Source of the DNA: Schaalia odontolytica
GTDB taxonomy: Bacteria; Actinomycetota; Actinomycetes; Actinomycetales; Actinomycetaceae
Direction: 5' to 3'
Assembly: GCF_005696695.1 (NCBI RefSeq)
Contig: NZ_CP040006.1
Span: forward strand, 2,040,001-2,072,000
DNA length: 32,000 nucleotides
The notes under the pieces were generated by a model. That model did not search any database, had not been told where the DNA came from, and worked only from the letters and a program-made list of their open reading frames with translations. The position numbers and the translations under genes were made by a program. Of the stretch, positions 17,366 to 27,765 are shown in pieces (position 1 is the stretch's first letter; every line of letters starts with the position of its first letter).

Positions 17366-18154
17366 TTACATGTGGGGGACGGAGCGCATGGCGCGCGCTG
17401 TCACCCAGCGCGGGGCCAGCTTCATGGCTCCCATGGCGACCTTGTAGGGGATGGTCGGGGTGACCTGAACGCGACCCGCACGCACGGCGTCGAGGGCCTC
17501 CGTGACGACCTGTTCCGGGCTGGCCATGAGCCAGGAGGGGGTCGCACGCATGTCGACGCCCGCGCGCTCGAAGAACGGCGTGTCGACGGGGCCGGGGCAC
17601 ACGACTGTGGCGGTGATTCCCGATCCCTTAAGCTCGGCGGCGAGGCCCTCGGTGAAGGCAACGACCCAGGCCTTGTGGGCGGAGTAGGTGCCCGCGCCCG
17701 TGCGCGAGGCGACAGAGCCAACGTTGAGGATGGCGCCGCGTCCGCGCGAGCGCATGGAGATGCCGGCGTGGTGGGCCAGGGTCATGACAGCGCGGACCAT
17801 AACGTTCAGGCCGTTGATTTCGTTCTCGAGGCTGTTGTCCAGGAACTCGGTTCCCAGTCCGAAGCCTGCGTTATTGACGAGGAGGTCCACGGGAGCCAGG
17901 TCAGGCTTGTCGCGGTCTGCGGGTCCTCCCACGTCGAGGCGGGCGGCAACGCGCGCGCAGCCCTCATCGGTCGACAGGTCAGCGGCGATCACCTCGGCGC
18001 GCACGCCGGCGACGTTCGCGAGCGAGTCCGCGAGCGCACGCAGGGCGTCTTCGCTGCGCGCGACGAGCACCAGGTCGTGGCCCGCAGCGGCCAGTTGCCA
18101 ACAGAATTCTTCACCAATGCCGGAGGTTGCTCCGGTGACCAGCGCTGTTCCCAT
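17366..18154 (-). CDS. Short-chain dehydrogenase/reductase (classical SDR)
   Basis: TGATSGIG cofactor motif, NNAG, catalytic Ser and YSAHK. 262 aa. Confidence 0.85.
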   Translation of the reverse strand: MGTALVTGATSGIGEEFCWQLAAAGHDLVLVARSEDALRALADSLANVAGVRAEVIAADLSTDEGCARVAARLDVGGPADRDKPDLAPVDLLVNNAGFGLGTEFLDNSLENEINGLNVMVRAVMTLAHHAGISMRSRGRGAILNVGSVASRTGAGTYSAHKAWVVAFTEGLAAELKGSGITATVVCPGPVDTPFFERAGVDMRATPSWLMASPEQVVTEALDAVRAGRVQVTPTIPYKVAMGAMKLAPRWVTARAMRSVPHM

Positions 18155-18190
18155 GGGGGAAGTCTAGCGCCGCATGGTGCGCGCAGCACG

Positions 18191-18229
18191 AAGCCGGGGC
18201 GGGAACGCTTCGCGCTCCCGCCCCGGCTT
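18191..18229 (-). terminator. Hairpin terminator after the large surface-protein gene
   Basis: AAGCCGGGGCGGGA (18191-18204) pairs perfectly with TCCCGCCCCGGCTT (18216-18229) across an 11-nt loop, 7 nt after the stop codon. Confidence 0.7.
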
Positions 18230-18235
18230 GGCGTG

Positions 18236-21200
18236 TCATCGGGTCCGGATCAGGTATCCAGCTCCACCGCCGGCGAGGGCCGCCGGGATGACGAGGAGGA
18301 CGAGCCAGTAGGGGCTCCATCCGCCCGATCGGCCGCTCTCGGCGGCCGCAGCGATCGGCACGGCGCCCGATGCGTCGGCCGTCCCGTTCTCGGGGGCGGC
18401 CACGCCACCGCTCTGCGCGACCTCACCGCTCTGCGCACCGCTCTGGGGCGCAGCAGAGGGGCTCGCGGACGGGGTGGCCGCGGGGGCCGCCTTCGGGGCA
18501 GTCACGGGTGCAGAGCTGGCCGCACCGGTCGTTCCAGTTGCCGCTCCGTTGCTGCGAGCAGCCGGAGCGCCGGTCGCGCTACCGCCGGTCGCCGCATAGG
18601 CCGGCGAACGGGTCGCGCCGGACGAGGCCGGGGTGCCTGCGTTTGTCGCGGGCGCTGCGGGCGCTCGAACCGGGCCGCCAGTGGGTGCGGGAGCCGGGAA
18701 GGGGCGCGGCATCGGTGCAGGATCCGCAGACGGAGCGGGAGCCGGAGCGGGGTCCGCAGTCGGAGCCGGAGCGGGGTCCGCAGTCGGGGCCGGAGCGGGG
18801 TCCGCAGTCGGGGCCGGGGCGGGATCCGCAGTCGGCGCCGGAGCGGGGTCCGTCGTCGGCGCGGGGGCCGGGGCGGGGTCCACAGTCGGCGCGGGAGCCG
18901 GAGCAGGGTCCACGCTCGGAGCCGGAGCCGGGTCCGTTGTGGGCGCCGGGAAAGGCGTCGGCATCGGTGCGGGAGCCGGATCGACGCTCGGTGCGGGAGC
19001 CGGGTCAGTCGTTGGCGCGGGTGCGGGCGTCGGCTCGGGTGCCGGGGTGGGGACCGGCTCCGGCACCGGGGAGGGTCCGGGCGACGGCGTCGGAACGGGC
19101 TCTTCCTCGACCGGCGCGGGCTGCTCATTGCGGTGTCCGGATCGGACGATCACAGTGAAGGACTGAGGCTCGACGAGGCTGCGTTCGCCGCTGCGTGCGC
19201 CCACCTCGATGCGGTAGGTGCCGGGCGCACTGAAGACCCAGTTGCCGTGCATGTGCGTCGCTTCGGTCGTGTGGACGAGGCCGTCGCCCTTGGACGAGTC
19301 GAAGTGGACCTTCGCACCCGCCCCGAAGGTGCCGCCCTGGAAGAATGCGACGCGCGCGCCTTCGGGGGCCTGCGCGAGGTGCAGGGTCAGGTCCGCGCCC
19401 TCGGGCAGGGCCGCGTAGTCGATGCCCTCGGTGGACAGGCCGGGCCACACGATGTCGCTGTTCTGTGTCTCGGGCAGCACGTAGGTGGCGGTGCCCACCG
19501 GTCCGAGCACGTCGTAGCTCGCATCCGACAGGGAGGCGGGGCGCACGAAGCGCGCGTTGGGTGCGACCGTGAGGGTCGTGGAGCCGACGGTGCGCAGCAC
19601 CGAGGTGCGCGCGTTGGTCAGGGAGTCATCCTTGACGGCCAGGCCGTAGGTGAGTCCGCCCTCGCCGCTCGCCTGGGTGAGGCGCACGTCCAGGTGTCCG
19701 CGCGCGATCTCCACCGGGTCGCTCAGCAGGGACGAGGCCGGGTCCGGGGTTGGGTCGTTTCCGCCGTTATCGGGGGCGGGAGCAGGCGCGGGCGTCGGGT
19801 TCGGCGCGGGCTCCGGTTCCTCGGGGGCGGCGACACCATCGCGCATCTTGAGCATCGCGGTGAGGCCCACGTGGGCGCCAACGGTGACGTCGGAGGCCTC
19901 TGCGACGGTCATGACCGCGTCAGAGAGCGGGTGGGGGCGCAGGGTGACGCGCATGTACATGGGGTCGGTCTGGCACACGCCGAGGTCCTGGGCCTTCGTG
20001 TCCATGCCGCCCGCGCCCAGGGTGCCTTCCATGGAGCACCAGGGGCTGAAATCCCACTTGGATTCGAGGAACTCGATCTTGTAGGTGGCGCGCAGGGTCG
20101 GGTCGTTGGCGCGCACCGTGGCGGTGTACTGATCGGTCGATCCGGGGATGAGGTCGTAGGAGACCTCGACGCGGCGCGAGGAGATCGGCAGGTGGTCGGG
20201 GTTCCAGACGGGAGCCGGGTCCGGGTTGGAGGGGCCGAGGATCGTGTCGGTGCCACCGACGGTGACGGGTTCGGTGTCCTTCTGGGAGTACTGAACGGTC
20301 TGGGAGATCCAGCGAGCCGAGGCGGAGTCGCTGGGAATGTAGATCGCCTGGACGGCAGCAGCATCGGCGCCCAGCAGCTCGGAGACCGTCGCTCGGCCAC
20401 CTTCAACGGGAACCTCGGTGAGGAAGTAGCCGTTGACGGTGATCCACGCGCGACCCGTGTCGGTGGCGACGCCCGTGTCGAGCGTGATGTCGGTCAGGTG
20501 GTTGTCGCCGGGGTGCTCGCGCTCGCCGTGGTGCGACACGGTGAGCGTCGGGGTAGCCGCGTTGCCGTCGGCGCGCTCAGCGCGCGCCGCGTTGTACGCG
20601 GATTCAATGTCCTTGATCGTGCCGTCGGCGGGGTTCGCGCCGCCGACCTGCCAGACCAGCGGCGTAATCGGCGAGGAGTAGATAGCGGTGCCGTCGGCGC
20701 TGCGGGCGGTCATCTTGTAGTTCGCGACATAGCGACCCGGCTGCGTGAAGGTCGTGTACAGGTGCGTGTGGCGCGGGTTGTAGACGCTGCGGTATGCGGT
20801 GTCGTGACTGGAGAGGAAGCGGTTCACGCTGTCGCCGTTGTCAATGAACATCTCCATGCGACCCGGGCCGTCGACGCTGATGAGGTCGAGCGTGTAGGTC
20901 TCGCCCTCGAACTTGTCGGTGTCTCCAATTTCGCCGGCGCCGAGGCCCGCCCAGATGGGCGTATTACCGGGGCCGGGATTCTGGGGGGCAGCGTTCAGGA
21001 CGGTGCCTTCGGTCCCCAGGAAGGCCAGGTCGGGACGCTTGGCCGGGATGACGAGCTGCGACTTCGCCTCGTCTTTCTCGCCTGTGCCGGTCCACGCCTT
21101 GGGGATCCACAGAGCGGTCTTCTCCATCGGCATGTTGATGGTGTTCAGAGAGAAGCTGTTGGTGTCGTCATGCCAGACGGGGATGGGTGCATCAACGTGC

Positions 21201-21313
21201 TGTCCGGTAACGATCCATTCCTTGTCCTGGTCGGGACCGGCCCACGCGGCGGCGGGGGTCAATGCCAGGAAGAGGGCGAGCGCAGCCGTGCTGATGCGTC
21301 GCAGGTGTGACAT
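18236..21313 (-). CDS. Large secreted, C-terminally membrane-anchored surface protein with two TIGR03769 / choice-of-anchor-M type domains and a Pro/Ala/Asp repeat stalk
   Basis: The start is at ATG 21313 (MSHLRRISTAALALFLALTPAAAWA is a signal peptide). The track start at 21397 adds 28 implausible residues. Two copies carry the pattern I recall for TIGR03769 (GHvD ... HxHxNWxFxxPGxY). Copy 1 is QHVDAPIPVW ... RHTHLYTTFTQPGRYVANYKM. Copy 2 is GHLDVRLTQ ... THMHGNWVFSAPGTYRIEVGA. These are followed by a (DPAPAPxx)n stalk, an Ala/Ser/Gly-rich region, and a terminal TM helix plus basic tail (YWLVLLVIPAALAGGGAGYLIRTR). No LPXTG motif. Confidence 0.75.
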   Translation of the reverse strand: MSHLRRISTAALALFLALTPAAAWAGPDQDKEWIVTGQHVDAPIPVWHDDTNSFSLNTINMPMEKTALWIPKAWTGTGEKDEAKSQLVIPAKRPDLAFLGTEGTVLNAAPQNPGPGNTPIWAGLGAGEIGDTDKFEGETYTLDLISVDGPGRMEMFIDNGDSVNRFLSSHDTAYRSVYNPRHTHLYTTFTQPGRYVANYKMTARSADGTAIYSSPITPLVWQVGGANPADGTIKDIESAYNAARAERADGNAATPTLTVSHHGEREHPGDNHLTDITLDTGVATDTGRAWITVNGYFLTEVPVEGGRATVSELLGADAAAVQAIYIPSDSASARWISQTVQYSQKDTEPVTVGGTDTILGPSNPDPAPVWNPDHLPISSRRVEVSYDLIPGSTDQYTATVRANDPTLRATYKIEFLESKWDFSPWCSMEGTLGAGGMDTKAQDLGVCQTDPMYMRVTLRPHPLSDAVMTVAEASDVTVGAHVGLTAMLKMRDGVAAPEEPEPAPNPTPAPAPAPDNGGNDPTPDPASSLLSDPVEIARGHLDVRLTQASGEGGLTYGLAVKDDSLTNARTSVLRTVGSTTLTVAPNARFVRPASLSDASYDVLGPVGTATYVLPETQNSDIVWPGLSTEGIDYAALPEGADLTLHLAQAPEGARVAFFQGGTFGAGAKVHFDSSKGDGLVHTTEATHMHGNWVFSAPGTYRIEVGARSGERSLVEPQSFTVIVRSGHRNEQPAPVEEEPVPTPSPGPSPVPEPVPTPAPEPTPAPAPTTDPAPAPSVDPAPAPMPTPFPAPTTDPAPAPSVDPAPAPAPTVDPAPAPAPTTDPAPAPTADPAPAPTADPAPAPTADPAPAPTADPAPAPAPSADPAPMPRPFPAPAPTGGPVRAPAAPATNAGTPASSGATRSPAYAATGGSATGAPAARSNGAATGTTGAASSAPVTAPKAAPAATPSASPSAAPQSGAQSGEVAQSGGVAAPENGTADASGAVPIAAAAESGRSGGWSPYWLVLLVIPAALAGGGAGYLIRTR
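18707..19006 (-). repeat. In-frame tandem repeat encoding (DPAPAP-xx/xxxx) about 12 times; four near-identical 24-bp units at 18755-18850
   Basis: The protein reads ...TTDPAPAPSVDPAPAPMPTPFPAPTTDPAPAPSVDPAPAPAPTVDPAPAPAPTTDPAPAPTADPAPAPTADPAPAPTADPAPAPTADPAPAPAPSADPAPMP. The DNA unit GGAGCGGGGTCCGCAGTCGG(A/G)GCC repeats head to tail. Confidence 0.9.
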
Positions 21314-21341
21314 TCGAGTGCCTTTTCTAGCTATGTTGTTG

Positions 21342-21358
21342 GTGAGAATCATTATCAC
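21342..21358. promoter_or_regulatory. Fur-family (Zur-like) operator palindrome
   Basis: GTGAGAATCATTATCAC is a 7-1-7 palindrome core, TGAGAAT-C-ATTATCA, with one arm mismatch. It lies 29-45 nt upstream of ATG 21313 and overlaps a minus-strand GATAAT -10-like hexamer. It matches 13/15 of TGAAAATNATTTTCA and 15/19 of the classical Fur box (consensus sequences from memory). Confidence 0.55.
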
Positions 21359-21452
21359 TCTAAATAAGCTCACACACAACTCACACCGATCAGGCATGTT
21401 TCACGCGTGTTTCACGCAGCCTCACCTCTCCCCCGCCGATAGGCTCGACCCC

Positions 21453-22268
21453 ATGAGATTTGCGACCTGGAACGTCAACTCCATCCGCACGCGCGTCGAC
21501 CGCGCTATTGCTTTCCTCGAGCGCTCGGGAACGGACGTACTCGCCATGCAGGAAATTAAGTGTCGCCCCGACCAGTTCCCGACACAAGCCTTTGAGGAGG
21601 CCGGCTACCACGTCGCCATCCACGGTCTCAACCAGTGGAACGGCGTCGCCGTCGCTTCCCGTCTGCCAATCCTGGACGTGCAGGACCACTTCCCCACCCA
21701 GCCCGCCTTTGGCGAACCGCCCGTGGTCGAAGCTCGCGCGCTCGGCGTCACCATCGACACGACCGACACCCTTCCCTCCGAGGACGGGCAGGCCTCGTCG
21801 ATGACGATCTGGAGCCTGTACGTCCCCAACGGCCGCGAGCTCACGCACGCGCACTACGCCTACAAGCTGGAGTGGCTCGCGAACCTCGCCGAGCAGGGCC
21901 GCGCCTGGCTCGCCAACCCGAGCGCCCTGATTGCCCTCGTCGGCGACTGGAACGTCGCTCCCCTGGACGAGGACGTGTGGGACATGAGCGCCTTCGAGGG
22001 AGCCACGCACGTGTCGGCGCCCGAGCGCGAGGCCTTCGCCGCTTTCGCCGCGGACGGGTGGGTTGAGGTCACGCGCGAGCGCGTCACGAACTACACCTAC
22101 TGGGACTACCAGAAGCTGCGCTTCCCCAAGAACGAGGGCATGCGCATCGACTTCGCCTACTGCTCGCCGGCGCTCGCTGCACGTGTGAGCGGCGCACAGA
22201 TCGACCGCGACGAGCGCAAGGGCAAGGGCGCGTCCGACCACGTGCCCGTCATCATCGACGTCGACTGA
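21453..22268 (+). CDS. xthA: Exodeoxyribonuclease III (AP endonuclease)
   Basis: MRFATWNVNSIRTRVDRAIAFLERSGTDVLAMQEIK..., WDYQKLRF, and the C-terminal SDHVPVIIDVD are typical ExoIII/EEP blocks. ATG 21453 is used. The track start at 20913 lies antisense inside the neighbouring gene. Confidence 0.9.
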   Translation: MRFATWNVNSIRTRVDRAIAFLERSGTDVLAMQEIKCRPDQFPTQAFEEAGYHVAIHGLNQWNGVAVASRLPILDVQDHFPTQPAFGEPPVVEARALGVTIDTTDTLPSEDGQASSMTIWSLYVPNGRELTHAHYAYKLEWLANLAEQGRAWLANPSALIALVGDWNVAPLDEDVWDMSAFEGATHVSAPEREAFAAFAADGWVEVTRERVTNYTYWDYQKLRFPKNEGMRIDFAYCSPALAARVSGAQIDRDERKGKGASDHVPVIIDVD

Positions 22269-22307
22269 GAGGCGAACGAGGCCGGAACTCGGCCGGCCGA
22301 CACAGGT

Positions 22308-22335
22308 CGAGGCCTGGGCGCGTGCCCAGGCCTCG
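22308..22335. terminator. Bidirectional hairpin between convergent xthA and serine-hydrolase genes
   Basis: CGAGGCCTGGGC (22308-22319), loop GCGT, GCCCAGGCCTCG (22324-22335): a perfect 12-bp stem. Outer GAACGAGG/CCTCGTTC pairing is also possible. Confidence 0.7.
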
Positions 22336-22346
22336 TTCCGTATCGA

Positions 22347-23150
22347 TTACGCGTGCTCACGCGCGAGGCGCAGCAGCTCGGAATTGAGGGCCGACCAGTT
22401 GTCGTGATGCCACTGCCCGAAAGGCTCCGCGCCAACGAAGGCGGCGCTGGCGCGAAGGTCACGGTCCGCCCACACGAAGGAGCCGGACTGGCCGAAGTGC
22501 CCGATCGTGCGCGGGGAGGCGTCGGGCGCGGTCCAGTGCGGCGACTTCTCACCGCGAATCTCGAGGCCGAGGCCCCACGGGCAGGGATTGAAACGCCCGT
22601 AGCCGGGCACAACGCCTGCGAGCGCGGGAAACTGCGATAGTGCGGCGAGGGCTGCCAAGGGGCCGCCCACCAGCGTTGGACTCGCAAGCTCAGCGCCGAA
22701 GAGGCTGACGTCGGACGCACTGGCGATCCCCGCATGGGCGGGGCTACCGGGAATATCAGCCCTCGCCATGCCGAGCGGCTCAAAGACCGTCTCACGCACC
22801 CACTGCGCAATGCCGACGCCAGTCGCGGCCTCAATCACCTCGCCGAGGACGTCGAAGCCCTCGTTCGAGTAGATCCGGCGCTTCTCGGGAGCAGCGACGG
22901 GGCGGCGCCCCTCGAACGGCAGGCCCGAGGCGTGGGCGAGCAGGTGACGGACCGTCGCCGCCTCGGGACCAGCGGGATCATCGAGGGAAATCAGGCCTCG
23001 TTCGACCGCGACCAACGCCGACCACGCGACGATCGGCTTGGTCACCGACGCGAGCGGGAAGACGCGATCGACGTCTCCGTACGTATAGACGACGTCGCCC
23101 TCGACACGAAGGACGAGGGCGACATCAAAGGATGGCAGAGGGCCGATCAC
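22347..23150 (-). CDS. Serine hydrolase / beta-lactamase-fold family protein
   Basis: Motifs in the expected order: SxxK (ASVTKPIV), YxN (IYSNEGF), HxG (GHFGQSG). 267 aa and no signal peptide. The start overlaps the TetR stop by 4 nt (ATGA). Confidence 0.75.
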   Translation of the reverse strand: MIGPLPSFDVALVLRVEGDVVYTYGDVDRVFPLASVTKPIVAWSALVAVERGLISLDDPAGPEAATVRHLLAHASGLPFEGRRPVAAPEKRRIYSNEGFDVLGEVIEAATGVGIAQWVRETVFEPLGMARADIPGSPAHAGIASASDVSLFGAELASPTLVGGPLAALAALSQFPALAGVVPGYGRFNPCPWGLGLEIRGEKSPHWTAPDASPRTIGHFGQSGSFVWADRDLRASAAFVGAEPFGQWHHDNWSALNSELLRLAREHA

Positions 23151-23935
23151 GCGGTGGCCTCCGGAGCCGGAGCCGCACCTGCCTCGGCGGCTGCGGTGGT
23201 CTTTTCGCTGATCTTACGCAGGGTGCGTGCGTAAACTTCCGCGACCTCCTCGGGGACCGAGGCCCCGAGCTGCAGCACGTAGTGCGCAGGCAGGCGCAGG
23301 AGCTGCACACACACAGCAAGGAAGTCCGCCACGAACTCACGAGCGTCGATCGGTTCGTCGTTGTAGCGAGCCGAGACGACGGAGCCGTACCAGTAGCGGA
23401 TGAGGATCCTCGCAAGCGTGCGAGGAGTGGTGCCGATCTCGGCGCCTTCCTCGTCCACGAAGGTCTGGATCATCGCAGTGAGGGCTTCCTCCATCTGCTG
23501 GGTGCGGTACTTGTAGTGTGCGTGTGCAGGGTGCGTCTCAGAGGAGGACTCAGCCCACAGGACACAGTCCAGTGCGATGGCCGCATCGGCGCCGGGCTTC
23601 ATGGCGAAGCGCATTTCCCCGACCGCCCAGTCAACAAACGAGCCTGCGGTGATACCACCCTCGTCGAACCCACCTTCGGCCTCTTCGTTAATGGAGACGT
23701 CGAAGAGCGCGTTCATTTCCTCGTGACGCTGGATTGCGCTGCGCAGGATGGCTTCCTTCGAAGGGAAGTGATAGACCACCGCGGGGTGCGAAATGCCGAC
23801 TCGGCGGCCAAGGTCACGCAGGGAAAAGCCGTTATAGCCTCGCTCTGCAATCAGAACCATCGCTGCCGAGAGGATGGATTCACGCGTCGCCTGTCCTACG
23901 GAGTAGGCGCCACGGGCCTTCCTCTGGGTTGTCAT
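23147..23935 (-). CDS. TetR/AcrR family transcriptional regulator
   Basis: N-terminal HTH: TRESILSAAMVLIAERGYNGFSLRDLGRRVGISHPAVVYHFPSKEAIL. ATG 23935 (MTTQRKARG...) has AGGAG upstream and is preferred over the track GTG 23986. Confidence 0.85.
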   Translation of the reverse strand: MTTQRKARGAYSVGQATRESILSAAMVLIAERGYNGFSLRDLGRRVGISHPAVVYHFPSKEAILRSAIQRHEEMNALFDVSINEEAEGGFDEGGITAGSFVDWAVGEMRFAMKPGADAAIALDCVLWAESSSETHPAHAHYKYRTQQMEEALTAMIQTFVDEEGAEIGTTPRTLARILIRYWYGSVVSARYNDEPIDAREFVADFLAVCVQLLRLPAHYVLQLGASVPEEVAEVYARTLRKISEKTTAAAEAGAAPAPEATA

Positions 23936-24010
23936 ATCATCTCCTGCTGTTGCGGGCACCACATACCGAGCGCCCGAAATACACACTGGTAGTCAGTGTA
24001 CCGCGCAATC

Positions 24011-26623
<2,613 letters not shown>

Positions 26624-26696
26624 GAAATCACTCCTCCAAATGGTTTGTCTGGTGGCGTCGAGCTACTCAACGCCTTCTGACAGACACAACGAAGCC

Positions 26697-26723
26697 GAAG
26701 TTGAGTCTATTCCACTCAACTTC
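26697..26723 (-). promoter_or_regulatory. HspR-associated inverted repeat (HAIR) operator upstream of clpB
   Basis: GAAGTTGAGT-N7-ACTCAACTTC is a perfect 10-7-10 inverted repeat containing the HAIR core TTGAGT-N7-ACTCAA. It lies 74-100 nt upstream of the clpB ATG and overlaps a TTGAAG -35-like hexamer. Confidence 0.75.
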
Positions 26724-26743
26724 AATTTTGGGGAGGATGTGAG

Positions 26744-27406
26744 TCAGCTCTCGGGAAGCCAGGCAGGGCCATCAAACCCGCGCTGATGACCGCCGGCAGG
26801 ACCGGACCCTTCATCATCATCAAGGCCATAGCGCTCCTCGAGCGCGCGGAAAAGCTGAAGGGTTGTCGCCAGCGCACACATCACCTGCTGCACGAGCTGC
26901 GCATCCGTCGCACCATACTCGTAATCGGCATTCACCTCGGCGACGACACGGTCCCCCTCGTCCTGATCGGCGACGTAGGCCTTGGGCCACAGGAACTCGC
27001 CGTGCCACGCCTGCAGGAAGTCACGCAGATCCTCACCAAATTCAATGGGAACGAGGCTCTTCATGAAGGCAACGATCGACAGCACCTCGCGCGAGTCTCC
27101 GAGGAAGCGGAAGCAGAACAGATGCCCCTCCCAGAAACCGCAGAGATCTCCATCGCTATCGATACGCCACGCCCACCCCTCAGAGTCAAAAAGGAGCCCT
27201 AGGCGCTCCTGCGTGATGGGACGAACCATATCGAAACGATTGGCTTCAAACTCCGAATTACCCGTGACAATTCCTTCCGGAGGTGCTGCATTGCTACCTC
27301 CCCATTGTTCCATATCAGAGGCGGTATCGTCCGGCAGTTCGCGGCGGCGAGGCGTCTCCTCACCGTCGGTTCCTCCGTCGGCATCCGCCCGCCATAGCCA
27401 GCCCAT
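26744..27406 (-). CDS. YbjN-like (putative sensory-transduction/chaperone-fold) protein with acidic N- and C-terminal extensions
   Basis: 220-aa track ORF. The core [42 protein letters not shown]...[18 protein letters not shown] resembles actinobacterial YbjN-domain proteins. This is from memory and has low certainty. The start is uncertain; internal Met codons exist but lack an RBS. Confidence 0.5.
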   Translation of the reverse strand: MGWLWRADADGGTDGEETPRRRELPDDTASDMEQWGGSNAAPPEGIVTGNSEFEANRFDMVRPITQERLGLLFDSEGWAWRIDSDGDLCGFWEGHLFCFRFLGDSREVLSIVAFMKSLVPIEFGEDLRDFLQAWHGEFLWPKAYVADQDEGDRVVAEVNADYEYGATDAQLVQQVMCALATTLQLFRALEERYGLDDDEGSGPAGGHQRGFDGPAWLPES

Positions 27407-27765
27407 GATGTACCCCTAGTCGTGCCGATGATTGATGACGCGCCACTGCGTCGCTACCGATGGGGCGAGAGCGCGCCGATCGCCCCTGACTGCGATCTGC
27501 ACATGCATACCCATTGGCGCCTCCTCAGCTCACCTCATCGTGTTACCAGCACGTGTCTTGGTAACTTCACAGTAGCGCAGAAACCGCGAAAAACCAACGC
27601 CCTTGACAGTTTCAGGGCCCCGGAGCGGACTCGCAATAAGACGGCGCGTCGCCATCGTCGCAGCTCACCCCACAGTGCTCACATCACTTCATAACAAATG
27701 TTTCGTTGCTCACATTTTGATATAGCCCTTGCACGCAGAGCTCATTTCTATTAAATAGGAAAATT

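Noticed and set aside
18236-18330. Sortase (LPXTG or LAXTG) sorting signal at the C-terminus of the surface protein
   Set aside because: The tail has a TM helix and a basic end (YWLVLLVIPAALAGGGAGYLIRTR). The preceding sequence (PIAAAAESGRSGGWSP) contains no LPXTG/LAXTG-like pentapeptide.
17354-21310. 1318-aa plus-strand ORF covering the SDR and surface-protein genes
   Set aside because: It lies antisense to two genes with clear domain signatures. Its translation is Gly/Arg/Val/Asp-rich with poly-Arg/Ser/Gly runs and no motif. This is the typical long mirror ORF of high-GC DNA.
26653-26675. Second HAIR operator closer to clpB
   Set aside because: Only a half-site (ACTCAAC on the plus strand, GTTGAGT on the gene strand) is present. 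There is no matching second arm at N7 spacing.
27422-27694. 90-aa plus-strand ORF in the YbjN upstream region
   Set aside because: It has a GTG start without an RBS. The translation is Arg/His/Ser-rich. It runs opposite to all neighbouring genes. The region is better explained as a leader or promoter region.
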